This document shows positions 46,703 through 62,638 of a stretch of 64,000 nucleotides of DNA, piece by piece; position 1 is the stretch's first letter; each line of letters opens with the position of its first letter. The notes under the pieces were generated by a model. That model did no database searches. It had not been told where the DNA came from and saw only the letters and a program-made list of their open reading frames with translations. A program made the position numbers and the translations under genes. Location: the NCBI GenBank assembly GCA_964016885.1, contig OZ024741.1, positions 346,518,001-346,582,000 of the forward strand, read 5' to 3'. The stretch is from Eledone cirrhosa. Lineage: Eukaryota.

Positions 46703-48463
46703 TAATGGAAAAATTTGAACAGGGACAAAACAGAGAGGCAGTACAACGAATGTTTATTAATTTCACGCTCTGGAGAGTGGGGTGTTGGTGGGGGACAACG
46801 TTTCGGGCATAAGCCCTTCCTCAGGTGAGAAGTGTGTAGGAACAGAGTTCAAAGGGTGTGTAGGGGAGTGGTGGAGAGACATATAGCGAAAGGAAACGGT
46901 GCGAATGAGAAAATAAAAAATAAAGATAAAAATAAAAATAAAGCATGATCAAAATACAAGGAATGAAATAAATTTAAATATAAAAGCATGATCAAAATAA
47001 ACTGAAATTAAAAGGGGGGTAAAACAGGTGGTGGAAGGGTGTAGGGTATGTAGGGGTGGTGGCGGGTGTGTAGGGGTGGTGGCGGGTGGAGTGGGGAGAG
47101 GGAGACGGGGTGTCCGAGCGGGGAGGGCTGAAGGTGGTGTGTGTGTGTAGGTGTGCGTGTGTGTGTGTGTGTGTGTATGTGAAAGTAAGGGTTGCATGTT
47201 TAGGAAGAGGCATGTGTGTGTGTGTGTGGGGGGGGGTCGGAGTGTCTGTGCGTGTGTGGATAGAGGGGGAGAGGAATCAGGAGAGGAATCAGGAGGCTGA
47301 GGGTGTAAATATGTGGTGGAAAGCACGTGTGTGGGGGGTTTAAGCGTGTTGTGGGTGTAGGTGGCGTGTGGACAAAAACATTTTTTTGGGGTGTGTGTGT
47401 GGGTGAGTTATATAGGTGATTACGTAAGAGGATGGTTGAAAAGTAGGTAAATTCCAAAGGTGTTTACTGGATTCTGTGTTGGTCAATTTCTGCGTGCGGG
47501 TATTCCATGAAGCGATGGTCGGAAGAGGAGAGATGTGGGGTGCGCGCGCAACAGGAAGTGGTCAAGCAGTGGGAGTGCTGTGTGTCTGTTTGTGCTGGGA
47601 GGTGGTCAGAGGGCATAGCAGCAGTCGGTGGAATGGTGAAGGGGCGAGGATAGGTAGGTGTGAAAGTTGGAGTGAGGAGGGTGTGTGTGTGTGTGTATTA
47701 GTAGAGGTATTAGTGGGATGAGTGAGTGTGGAGCGAGGGTGTGGGTGGAGCGGGGAGAGAAGGGTGTGTGTGGTTCTATGGAGGGAGTGTGGTGTACTGG
47801 TGTGTGTGTAGTTTGATGAAGAGGTGTTAGTGGGTGTTAGTATACGGGAGGTGGGGAGGGGTTGAATGCAGGTGTGAGTGGGGGTTAGTGGTGGTAGGGT
47901 GTGTAGAGTTGGTGGTATACGAGGGTGTGTGGGTACGTGTGGGTGGGGTAGGGGGGTGTTAGTGATGTTAGTTGCGTGTGGGGTGGGTGGTGTAAGTGGG
48001 TGCGTGTGTTCGTGTGCTTGGGGTTAGGGGGTGTTAGTGAGGTTAGTTGCGGGGTGGTGGGATGGAGGTGTGGGGGTGAGGGTTAGTGGTGGTAGTAGGG
48101 TGTGTGTTTAGTGTGAGCGCGTGTATATATGTGCCGGTGGGTGTGTGCGTGTGATAAGGAGGGGGAGGAGGAGAAGAAGGAAGGGATGTTAGTATGTTAG
48201 TTGGGGAAGGGTGGTCAGATGAGGGGTGGAGTGGAGGTGTTAGTATTGTTAGTTGTGGGGTGGGCGGTTAAAAGGAGGGGTGTGTTAGTGGTGTTAGTGG
48301 GGGATAAGTGTGGGGGGAGGGGGCGGTCGTAGGCTAAAGGAATAAGGGTGGGGAGTTCAGGCCGGGGGGAGTGTGGGTCTGTAAGATGAAGATAGTTCGT
48401 TGTTCGACCGTAAGGCGATTGGCGGGTGTTACGTGGCACTGGAGTAGGCCACAGACTGTGAGA
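46703..48463 (-). mobile_element. Second, shorter copy of the C-rich Neptune-type PLE
   Basis: Collinear with 35722-37325, including the HHR (~46795-46830); lies in (TA)n. Confidence 0.9.
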
Positions 48464-48549
48464 TATATTTATATATACACATATGTATATCTATATAGAT
48501 ACAGAAGACCCGACGTCCCACGGGTACAAGCCGAAGCTGAAGCATATAG

Positions 48550-48795
48550 ACAATATGCCCCCTCCCCACTGTAAAGTGGTCGTGTAGGCGCCTCGGAAAA
48601 AAGCACCCATTAGTCACTGTAAATGTGGTTGCTGATAGGAAGGGCATCGAGCTGTAGAAATCAAGCCAAAATCACTTCGCGTATTAGCCAGAAAAGGTCA
48701 ACCGACCTCGCATTGCCCACAACAAGACAACCCATCTAACCCATGCTAGCGTGGAAGAATGGACGTAAAACGGTGATGATGATGATGATGATGAT
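48550..48795 (+). mobile_element. SINE 3' part with RTE-like (GAT)n tail
   Basis: aaaagcaccc...taggaagggcatc...aacccatgctagcgtggaag...ggacgtaaaa followed by (gat)n. Confidence 0.6.
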
Positions 48796-49167
48796 ATATA
48801 TATATGTCAGGTCGCTCTCGAGTGATACTGGTAATATGTAATATGTGACCCAGTACAACCTGTCTCGTGGTCGGGTCGTCAGCGACTAAACGGGCAACCC
48901 CACCATGCTTCCTTGGTGAGGAGGATGATATTTGGACACCCTGCGGGATGAAATACATGACACGGCAAAGGGCGGTGTATCTCAGCAGAGTCAACGGCCA
49001 TCCAAATAGTATTTTTTTTTTTTAAGGGCTGTCGTTATATTTTCCGTGGCAAACATTTTCACCGAAGATATATGTCGTCAGTTCCAAAACGTGTGGTTGG
49101 TCCTACACAAGCCTTCACCACTTAAAACAAAACTTTGTGTGGGTAGTTCAACATCAGTTCACCTTCT

Positions 49168-49248
<81 letters not shown>

Positions 49249-50988
49249 ATATGTATATGTATGTATATGTGTGTGTGTGTGTTTGCGTGTGTTTACATTA
49301 TTCATCACCCAATTTATCCCTTTACGTTTAACATATTTCCTTTCCTCCTATATTTCCCAGATACTATATATCAACACTACCTTGAACTCTTGTGTAATGT
49401 GTTATGAACAACAGTTTGTATAGCATTATACAACAGTCTCACCTCCATATTCTGATTCCATTACTCTCAACATTTAAACATTTTTCAGTCATCTCTTTTA
49501 AAGCGTATTCGAAAGCCTTAAGATTAAATGCGTTATTTTAATGTCTGCCGAGAATATGTCATCTTTTTAAATGTAATACATTTTCCACTGTTTAGGGTTG
49601 TATAGAAGAGCGTAATTTGAAGAGGTTTTTATCGCTATTTCTAGCAGTTTCAGCCGCTGGTAAGAAGACACCTTATGCCTTATTTAGTATGTTATTTTGG
49701 AGATAGTTCTGTATTTGCTGATTTGTGTGCATTGTTCGAAGTGAGTGTGTGTGTGTGTGTGTTAGATGGGTTTTCACATTACACTAGTCCAGCTCTTCTC
49801 CCAGACAATAAACTAATGCATGTATTACCTACTGTGGTGATTGTTACACTCGGTAACTTCTGATACAACCTGACGTGACAAATGACATACTAGCAGCCCT
49901 TCTATTTGTTCAGCCTAAACAATCCATGCACTCAACATCTCATGAGTTCATTATTAAAGAGAAAAGGCGCGATTTGAAATAGTTTTGATGAGTATTTAGT
50001 TAACAAATCTATCATATGTTAGCGCTCACTTATATAAGTTTATTGTATTGATTCAAATGGTATAGACATAAATCAGTATAAGATGTTAATATACTTCTAT
50101 TGTGTATTTTTAATACATTAATGTTTATAGTGTCTATATTTAAATACCAAATCTGAAGTCAGACATCAATGTGCAGATGTCATTTATTTAAATTTTACTT
50201 AAATGATGGGCATATCACTGTTATATGTATGGAGCTGAAATAGTAAAGTACAAGTTACAATATAGTTAACATCAGCGAAACTTCACTGTTGGTGACGGTA
50301 TGAATGATATGCATTGTCGACAAGTAGCCTTTACTACTATTTCGAAGAACGCAGACAGTATTCATAAGATATGTATTACTATTGTCTAGAATAAGTGATT
50401 AAATAGAGAAACTTAAACATAAGTATTATATTTAATTACAACCAAGTGCAATCGTCTGAAAGGTAATTTGCCGCTTCAGGTGCAAATAGGTTTTATGTTC
50501 AAATAAACGAAGAGAATGTAAGATTACTTATTGATCTATACATATGTTCATTCAGTAGTATATGAAAACAAATTTCTTTTCAAACATACATCACTTTCAT
50601 ACTTATAAACACATTCTTCACACAGACCATGTTATTATAACTATAACAACAAGAACATGGTAATGCGTGTATGTGTTTGTATATATGTGTTTGTGTGTGT
50701 GAAAATATGAGTACCTCTCTGTTTATATGTGTTTGTGGACGTGTGAGTCTCAGTGTGTGTTCATGTGAATATATACATTATGTGAATGTATAAACAGACA
50801 TACACAAATATATCCTGCATTATGTATGCGGAGTAATTACCGATGTATGTTTATTGTATGAAGGAGTTTTATAAGGACTGTCAGTAAGAGCGGGTAAGAT
50901 AGAAGGGCGGATGTGTCTAGATGGTTGGAGTGGAGATTGGAGGTCATGTTAATTCAGATATTATAGTAAATAACACGTGTCCAAATAA

Positions 50989-51057
<69 letters not shown>

Positions 51058-51739
51058 TGTGTGTGTGTGTGTGTGAGTGTCTGTGTGTGTGTGAGTGTAT
51101 GCGTCTGTTTGAGTATATATGTGAGTATATGTGTATATTTGTGTAGCGGACTGTATGAATTTGTGTGTTTGTGTTGAATAGTCGCATATATTTGCTTCAC
51201 AAAACTTATTTCAATTCATCTAAACGAAGTATACTTCCATTGAAATATATTTCTAACCGATAGGAAATTAAATAGCGTATGTTCACATGTGGCTATGCCT
51301 ATACACAAACACACACACAAACACACACATACACATCCACAACGGAATACAAACACACACACAGACTCACACACAAATATATATATATATATGTATAAGT
51401 AAATGTATATATATATATACACGTATATAGATATATATGTATATACATCTATATATACGTATATATATATATATATATACACGCATTCACATACACATAC
51501 ACACACACACTCATATATATGTGTATGAGGGTATGTATGTCTACGTTGTATTACATTGATTTACTTTCAAGCTGCAGTAAATCAGTATATGTCAAACACA
51601 CTCATTCATTCAAGGAAGCATACATTCTATCTTTACATTTCTTCTACTCTCAATTCTCTTCTCATTCTCAGTATATTAATATTTTTTGCGTTTTAATATA
51701 ACCTGAATAATCATATATACATACTTATGTATATATTTA

Positions 51740-51783
<44 letters not shown>

Positions 51784-51898
51784 TACATACGTACATACAT
51801 AAAGAGAAATATATTATATATATAAATATATATATATATTTATATATAAATATATAAATATATATTTACATATTTGTATATAAATATATATATATATC

Positions 51899-51961
<63 letters not shown>

Positions 51962-53096
51962 ATTTTAAAAAAATATATAAATAAATAAATAAATATATAT
52001 ATATATATATACATGTGTGTGTGTGTTTGTTTGCGTGTGTATGTGTGTGTATAAACAAATAATCAGGGTGATTGACAGAGCAGGAATATTGAAATGGGCT
52101 CTTTTGTGAGTAGTGGACATTTGAACAGTTTTAGTTGTGAAAGAATCCGTTTATGTGTGCAAATCTTGGACAATAAATTTATGTGCTTATATGTTCATAC
52201 GTCAGTGTGTTTATTTTTTCGTCTTTGTGACTGTTAGTTTTGTATTTTATTATTCAGATCTTTTTTACTTGCATATTTTTTCAGCACCACACATTACATT
52301 CCCTTAGGATAGACTTAATAAACAAATAAAAAATATTCCGAATTTTCTGTCACCAAATAACAAAGGGATCACACGTATAGAAAGCAACAGATCAACAATA
52401 AATTAGAATAGTGCCTATGCAAGCGGAAATAATTATTATTCAGACTTTTATTGCAAACTCTTAGAAAATTTTATTTTACCAATATATCATAACATTTACA
52501 ATCAGAAAGGAATTTATCGAGTTTTCCCGAATGAATTATCTAATTCCAATAGAAGACATATTTATTACAACCATTGAATGTAGTACACCAATACATAAAA
52601 CGTAGATCTTCCACCTAGTTCGTTGTCCAATTATGCTGCGTGGCACCTTACACAAGTGTATTTTTCTATAGATACGTGTTGACCAATTATTTAATAGAGT
52701 AAAAGGAAACTGTAGAATCATTTCCTCTCTATGTATTTGTATACGGATATGTTTGTGCCTTTCTGTTTATTATTATGTTTATGCCCATATCTGTGTTTCT
52801 CTCCCGTATATTAATGGTACGACAAAATCACATCAATAATATTAGTAACAAACTTGAAAAAAGTAAAGAGCCAGGTCAGTATTATCGACTTAAACATGGC
52901 TGTGGCTTAGTATGATCTGTGTCTTATGACTAAAGACAAGTAAAACAATATATGCATTTATATCAACACGCCGCATTGTAATTACTACTACAACTACTGC
53001 ACATACACACACATTACAAGTACAGCCCCCCGCCAAAGTCACCTTTCTAACCTTTACACACTACTCACATCTGCTTGTTCTCTCCTTATCCGAAAT

Positions 53097-53130
53097 TTTC
53101 TGATGATGGATTTCTGTCCGAAACGTAGAA
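53097..53130 (+). ncRNA. Minimal hammerhead at a PLE-type 3' end
   Basis: ttt-CTGATGA-tggatttctgtcc-GAAA-cg-TA-gaa, AATAAA at 53161, then microsatellite. Confidence 0.6.
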
Positions 53131-53236
53131 CACTCCTCCACTGCCTCCAAGCATGAAACTAATAAAACTGTGTATTTTTGCATTCCTGTGTTTGTTTTGT
53201 TTTATTTCATATATTCACTACACACAAATATGTATG

Positions 53237-54470
<1,234 letters not shown>

Positions 54471-54484
54471 TATCATATATATAC

Positions 54485-54840
54485 ACATAGATTTTGAGTA
54501 TATGTTGGTTGTATACCAACACATCAGTATGCAGCCTGGAGCACTCGACGAAGTGCGCAGGTTGGTTTGGTTACTCCGGAGTAATGTAAAATAAAGTTAA
54601 ATAAAAAGTCAAATGTTTAAAATTTCCAGTTCTTCAGAGAAATAAAAACCTAACCAGGAACTGGACATATCAGAGTATTGACAAAATTATACACCTCAAC
54701 AACATATGTACTTGTCTATACCACACTAATTCGGACTGCCTGAAGAGGTCTCAGCCAAAGATGGCTGTCACTGAAATATATATAGCAGTAATAAACGAAG
54801 CTAAATTTTAAACATTTGACTTTTTATTTAACTTTATTTT
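54485..54840 (+). mobile_element. Fold-back mini-element with HHR (54734-54790)
   Basis: actgc-CTGAAGA-..cagcca/tggctg..-GAAA-tatata-TA-gcagt-AATAAA; inverted arms ~54587-54625/54803-54841. Confidence 0.85.
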
Positions 54841-54886
54841 ATATATACACATTATATATATACATACACACACACATATATATATA

Positions 54887-54965
<79 letters not shown>

Positions 54966-54999
54966 GTATATATATATATATATATATACATATATGCGC

Positions 55000-55052
<53 letters not shown>

Positions 55053-55422
55053 TGCGCGTGTATATTTATATATATGCGCGTGTGTGAGCTCGTGTGTCTT
55101 TCTGTATTGCATATTTTTTTTTGTTTTACAAAATTCATAATTTTAAATCATGAGTTTCATCTCATTATATAATTTTGGATTGTCATGATGCCAATAAAAG
55201 ACATGCATCATTGTGTTTCAGTTGAGATTTAATATAAATAGTTTGATATTTAATTCATTTTCCGTTAAACAGGATTAATTGTTATATTTAATTTTCAGTC
55301 TTAATTCTTCGCACATACACACTCACACAGACACGTACATACAGACACACACACATATTTATGAATATATATATACATACACACAGACACACACACACAT
55401 ATAATATATATATATACATATA

Positions 55423-55705
55423 GTATTAATATTTAAGGGAACAAAGAATCAGTCTTGCATCATATACATATTTATTACATATTACTTGTTTCACTGTCGA
55501 TCAGCCTCCAATTCCACAGTCAGGTTCGATAATTAATAGATCGCTCCTCGAGCTGATCGACAGTGAAACATATGTAATATGTAATTAAATATGTATATGA
55601 TGCAACACTGATTCTGTGTTCCTTTATATATATTAATACCATTGATACTCTACACCCCAAGAGCATCGAGTGCTCACCTGGTGTACCACCTACGGACGCA
55701 ATTAA
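55423..55705 (+). mobile_element. Fold-back mini-element with 3' half of HHR
   Basis: Arms ~55423-55505/55552-55639; GAAA-catatg-TA; bulged hairpin at 55647-55671. Confidence 0.7.
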
Positions 55706-55723
55706 CACACACACACGAACACA

Positions 55724-55810
<87 letters not shown>

Positions 55811-55842
55811 GTATATATATATATATATATACATATACAGAT

Positions 55843-56080
55843 GTAGTTCCACAACAGTTAGTTCACCATACAGAGAACAAATGCCTCACCTTAAGCGCAT
55901 CTTCAGTTCGGTCTGAGTGGAGTTTTTCCGTACAACTCCACGCAGACCGAGCTGAAGATCCGCTTAAGGTGAAACATTGGTTCTCGGAATGGTGAACTAA
56001 GTGTTGTGGAACTATTTCTACCAAACTCACCCCGTGGACTGAGTGCTCTACTACTACGGATACAATCCTTCAGTGTTCTA
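55843..56080 (+). mobile_element. Fold-back mini-element with HHR (55946-55987)
   Basis: ccgag-CTGAAGA-tccgcttaaggt-GAAA-cattgg-TT-ctcgg; arms ~55843-55924/55933-56014. Confidence 0.82.
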
Positions 56081-56178
56081 TTATATATATAGTAATAATA
56101 ATAATAAAGATCCCGTTAAGGGTTAAAGCACCGATTCTTTGCGTAAACTTTAATCTGTTATTTTAATAAATATATATA

Positions 56179-56976
56179 GTTCTTAATAAGACGGCGGCCT
56201 GCTTACTACTATAGCAGCAGTCATGGCCAATATTGCTCGACAAATGAATTGGAGATAATTATAAAGAATTTATATCTAGTAACATCTATATACATACAGA
56301 TGCATATCAATGCTAGCAAATATATAGGTTTTGTCTTAGTAACGTTGTGGTTCAATGCATGGGGTTGCAGAACAATAATATGAGAGACGTAAGATAAGAA
56401 AATTATAAAATTATAAAAAGATTATAAAATTGACTTACTTACTTACATATCACTTTCAACTAATTAGTTTCTGGAATGGAGTAAATATATTTTCCGAAGA
56501 TCATATAGAAATTCATTCCGTCGTCAGGAAAGTCTCTTTTCGTGTAAGTTTCCAGGCATAGCGAGGACTCTGGAAACTTATTAAAAAAATAATTCAGTTG
56601 ATAGGAAATAGCGAAGCGTGGACTGAAATCCTAGCCATTGAGAAAATCACTGCCACTACGTCTGTGGCAAGATGTTACTACATATAAATTCTTTATAATT
56701 ATCTCCAATTCATTTGTCGAGCAATATTGGCCATGACTGCTGCTATAGTAGTAAGCAGGCCACCGTCTTATTAAGAACTCGCTTTCCACTGATTGACCTC
56801 GATGTCACGTGATTGATTCTTTTTGAATTTGCCACAGACGTAGAGGCAGTGATTTTCTCAATGGCTAGGATTTCAGTCCACGCTTCGCTATTTCCTATCC
56901 ACTGAATTATTTTTTTAATAAGTTTCCAGAGTCCTCGCTATGCCTGGAACTTACACGAAAAGAGACTTTCCTGACG
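56179..56976. repeat. Two interleaved inverted repeats (A..B A'..B')
   Basis: 56179-56287 vs 56670-56779; 56522-56670 vs 56829-56976. Confidence 0.8.
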
Positions 56977-57061
56977 TGTGTGTGTGTGTGTGTATATATA
57001 TATACACACACACACACACGCATATTTACATTTGTGTGTGATATTATGTGAGTGTTTATAC

Positions 57062-57352
57062 CAGGTATGGGCAACCGTTTTCGAGAAGCGAGCTGCATGA
57101 GATATGGTCCATCATCAGGCGGGTCGCAAGCGCTAATTTATATTCGTGCTCACATTAAAAAAACGGGTGGCAACTCAAGTTGTTTTGGTTTGCTTCTTCA
57201 GAATTCGTACACGTTGTTTTCCTCGATCGTAAAAATGATAGAAAGATAAATTATGACTGAAAATTTGGGGTAAAAAAATCAGAAAGATTTTACTTAGGTG
57301 ACTTAGGTGAGCCGTTCAGAAAGCATCGCGGGCCGTAGGTTGCCCATGACTG
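57062..57352. mobile_element. hAT (Charlie-type) MITE
   Basis: TIRs caggtatgggcaacc / ggttgcccatgactg; 8-bp TSD gtttatac/atttatac. Confidence 0.75.
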
Positions 57353-59544
57353 ATTTATACGTTTACGTGTGTATATGTGTATATTTGAAAATATAGAGCT
57401 TTGAAGCGCTTTCAAAAGGATTAAATGAATAAAATTATAGACAGCAAATTAACTAAAATTTAACTAGTCTATATCAGTTAATACTTACTAAAAAGTTATT
57501 ATTTTAACCTAATATGACTCCTTCAATACTAGGAATACTGACAAAAAAGAAATGAGAATATTCATAGAATATTATTACGATGTAATCCAACCATTACGTT
57601 TAGCTCTTATCTGTTGCATATTTGTAGCATGGAAAGCTTTTATGAAGTGAACTTATCTAAACAGCCTTCCTGTTGGAAGATATGAACATTGTTAACCGAC
57701 ATCCACTTCTGGTGCATATGCGAAAATCTTGCCTGAAGTCTCACCTCGTTTTAACGCTATCAATGATTTTTTTTTTGGGGGGGGGGGGGGGGTCCTACAC
57801 TGCAGTAGCGGTTATTCATAATAATTCTCTTTTCTTCATATTTTGCGTTATGTTTTCAGTCGACGTCTATAATTGAAATGCATTACATGTACTCTATAAA
57901 TTATTAAATGAATTCAACAAGGCAGCAACTCACAGCTTATTAAATTCATATCACAGATCGCTCACAAATCGACTCATATTTTAAAACTAAAGTTTCAAAA
58001 TTTAAATTCCCTACACACCTCTAGTAAAAAAGAAAGAAAGAAATAAGAACAGGAAACGGAAAAAATGGAACATCAGATGGTCTTCAGTTTTTTTAATGCT
58101 CATTTAGGCACAACTATTTCGTGAAAGAGTTGTTATTTATGGAATTATAGAATACCACTCACAGTACATTTTCTATTGTTAACTGTTTTTTTGGTATTTA
58201 TGGAGTATTTTTAGACGAATCTTGCATCGACATATTTTCTTCTGGAGTAATGAAACTAGCATCACTTATGTAATATTTAATGTCATCATGATAACGATCA
58301 GTCACAAAGATTTCGGACTTAGGCATTAAGACAACAATATTACGGGAATGGAAAGTTGATTGAAACAACACCAGTGTGGTACTGGTACTTTATTATATCG
58401 ACCCCGTAAGAATGATTGGCAAAGCTAACCTCGTCAGTCATAAGATGATATAATTGTCCAGGCGAATATGGCAATATCACCATGACCATAATTCTTTGCA
58501 GCATTGGCGAATATGACAAATTTTGGTTTTCTATTATCAAACGCCTCTGCAGATTCCTCACTTGCTTAAATGATTTGCCTTTCATTGACATTGATTGTAA
58601 ACCACACATAGTTGAATGTGCCGCTGTCTGATATTTGATTACAGTTATAACTAAATGCACATTTGAAAATAATTTTGCAATTTTGTTATCGTCTCATCCT
58701 GCTTTGTTTTATCCCAAAGGAAATGCGATAGCGCACCTAGATCACCTACGATTAAAATAAGGTGTATGACATTAGCTCGTGATGTAATGCAGAGGACAGG
58801 AAGACTAAACAAATACTTGGACTTGTTGCAGCGGGTATGGTTGGCCGTTGTCCTCAGAAATACCTTTGCAGTCTTGTCCACTGAGCGTTGCCGAAACACT
58901 GCACCACCCTAGTCCCAGAGCCCATCACCTTCTCTCTTTCCCCTCCCTTTCTTCTGTGGCCCCAGAGGCCTTCCTTTTCCCTCCCTTTTCTCTCATTAAT
59001 GGCATTTATAGTGCTTTCCTATACATTCCCATACAGCCAGATCTGTCCTTCTTTACCCCCTTTTCACTTTCTATTTACTTAATTTTGTTTTCATCTTTCT
59101 TTTTCATATTTCCATCATAATTTCCTTTTTATTTGTAATGTTATTTATATGTAATTGTATGTGTTGTGCAGGGTTGAACACGGAAAACTATATTGAATAC
59201 TGGCCATTCAACTTCAAGCAAAACACTGCCATCACATCCTAAGCTAGGAGGTTAGAGCTTTTAATAATTGCTTACTGTTGTGATAGTATATTTTCCATTT
59301 GAACGAAACTTATCTCATCTTCCACTTCACGTATCAATTTCTACACCGTCTGACAGACATTAATTTCTCTAATAATTCTATTTCAGAGTTTCAAGGATAA
59401 ATCCTACATTTTTTTTAGTCAAATCTAGTCCATAACCCATTTTTGTATTAGCAACATACAGATAAGTATATCATTTATCCTTTACTTTTTCCCACTCAGT
59501 AATGGACTCATGATATGTAATTCTGGATTCTTATTTATGCTCCT

Positions 59545-60922
59545 AGCTGCTGATACGGTCATACCCTCGGCTACTGGGGTCCAACAGGGCGACACTTTGG
59601 GACCCCCCCCCCTGTTCATCCTTGGTATTGACCACCTCGCCCGGAGTATCACTGCCCCTCTCAACGTTTGGTATCTGGATGATGCTACGTTGGGCTGGTC
59701 CGTACGGACGGTCTGCAAAGACCTTCAATCTGTGATTGCTGCCCTGGCGGGAAGCGGCCTCCAATTCAACTCGGCCGAGTCGGAGGTGGTGAACGTCAGC
59801 CTCAATGCCGCGAGCTTTGCAGCCTCTGTCTTGGACGTGAGATCCATTCTCCGCCAGGTTCAGGTGACCCCCCAAAGAGGATGTTCTCATCCTCGGGTCA
59901 CCGATCCACCCGCCGGCCATCCGCTCCACCATTAGGTCCAGGCTTCAACAGCTCCAGACTCTCACGAGCCGACTGGGCTTGATTGACGGCCACCCAGCTT
60001 TCTTTCTGCAGAGGAACTGCTTCGCCATGTCGAAGCTTCTCTATACACTCCGCAGCGCTCCATGCTACACCCAGACATCTCTCCGCGCTGACCTCGATAC
60101 TTGTATCTGAGCAGCAGCTGCGGGGATATGCAACGTCAAGTTTGACGACATAGGGTGGCAACATGCCACTTTACCGGTCAGGTATGGCGGCCTAGGCCTC
60201 CGGTCCCCGATCTCACTAGCTTTGCCGGCGTGTCTTTCGTCGGTAACCTCGTGCCGCGTCCTCGTCAGCAGGGTTATTCAAAACACAACTGAACCCTCTG
60301 TGTTCAGAGAATGTGAAGCCGCCTGTGAGACGTGGGACAGTCTGAGACTTAGCGGCCTCCACCCGCTTTCCTGTCACCACGGTGCCGGCGGCATTCTACG
60401 CCATACTGCCCTCAACGAGGTCATTAAGCATGGCTTGGACGCTGCAGGCTTCCCTTCCCAGCTCGAGACGGTGGGGCTGGATCGAGGGGACGGCAAAAGG
60501 CCAGATGGCATGACCATCTTCCCGTTCCGCGGTGGCAAACCCCTCGTCTGGGATGCCACTTGCACCGACACTTTCTGCAGCCGCAACCTGGTGCAGTCTG
60601 CGACTGACCCAGGTTCTGCTGCATGTCGGGCTGAGGGGGCCAAACTGCTCAAATATCGGTCGCTCTCCGACAAGTTTACGGTCGTTCCTCTGGCAGTGGA
60701 GACTTCTGGTGTCCTCGGCCCCAGGGCTACCTCCTTACTCACCCCCATAGGCACTGAGCTGGCCAGCCGCAGGTGTGAGCACCGCTTTTCCAGCGCATCT
60801 CCCTTGCCGTCCTTCGGGGAAACGCCTTCTCCATTCTATCCGCCGGGGCTGTGGGTGGGCCCTATCGCGTACCAATACATTAGTTAAGTACCATTCTTTC
60901 ATCTGATACAACACAATAAAGA
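59545..60922 (+). pseudogene. 5'-truncated CRE-like non-LTR retrotransposon (RT + restriction-like endonuclease)
   Basis: GVQQGDTLGP, VWYLDDATL, LPVRYGGLGL, HPLSC..RHTALNE, RPDG..LVWDATC..K..KY..PLAVETSG; frameshifts; AATAAA ~60916. Confidence 0.8.
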
Positions 60923-61055
60923 CTAATTAATTATATTACAGGAGAATTAATTACAGGAGAATTAATTATATTACTAACAATTAGGCAGATCACCGAAACA
61001 GATACGAGGTTTTATTCATTCCGTGCAACTTGGATTTACATTCACAACTTTTACA

Positions 61056-61117
<62 letters not shown>

Positions 61118-61135
61118 AGTGTATGTATGTGTGAG

Positions 61136-61458
<323 letters not shown>

Positions 61459-61926
61459 ATACTTGGGGAGGGTCATATTTGTGTAATATTGCCAGAATTA
61501 GTAACAGAACACACTCACTGTTTGGTTTTCGCTTTTAAGTAAATATATAGACATACTAAATAAAAATGGCGTAGACATACAATGTAACGGGAGGAAACAA
61601 TAGCACCACTGACGATGTTGCAGATGTGCAACGAAAGAACTTTGATAAACTATATATATGTGTTTGTGTCTATATTATATCTGTATTATTTTTGACCGTC
61701 GGTCAGTCAATGCCAACATTGAGGACCGAATAAATTAGATTACCGATATAAAAGACACAGAATCGAAAAGCGAAAACCAACCAAACAGTGAGTGTGTTCT
61801 GTTATTAATTCTGGCAATATTACACAAATATGACCCTCCCCAAGTATACAATATTTGTTTCGACACACGATTTCATATAAAAAACCTCGCAAAACTAATT
61901 CATCGCCGTTATATATATATATATTT

Positions 61927-61995
<69 letters not shown>

Positions 61996-62048
61996 AGTAT
62001 GTATGTATACGTACATATATATATGTATACAGACGTACAGTAGCATGC

Positions 62049-62163
<115 letters not shown>

Positions 62164-62400
62164 AGTACACATACATATATGCACGCATCAGTTTAGCGGA
62201 CGCTTATTATAACGCCGCTTTGTTCGTTTGTAAACAAACTGAACAGCCTGAGTTTATGCCATACGGTGTTAAGGCAACAACGTCACCTTTTTCTTTTGTT
62301 CAACACTGACACAGGCTGTTCAGTTTGTTTACAAACGAACAAAGCGGCGTTATAATAAGCGTCCGCTAAACTGATGCGTGCATATATGTATGTGTACCTG

Positions 62401-62477
<77 letters not shown>

Positions 62478-62592
62478 GCATGCTACTGTACGTCTGTATA
62501 CATATATGTATGTACGTATTCATACATACTTACATTTAAGTAAGTGCCATACTAAGAGTGAGAAATGAAATTTCGTTTTCATTTTTTTTCAA

Positions 62593-62632
<40 letters not shown>

Positions 62633-62638
<6 letters not shown>

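Noticed and set aside
52560-52720. Ig-like exon (EDLRFMYWC)
   Set aside because: It overlaps a decayed SINE-like segment (acacttgtgtaaggtgccacgcag on the minus strand).
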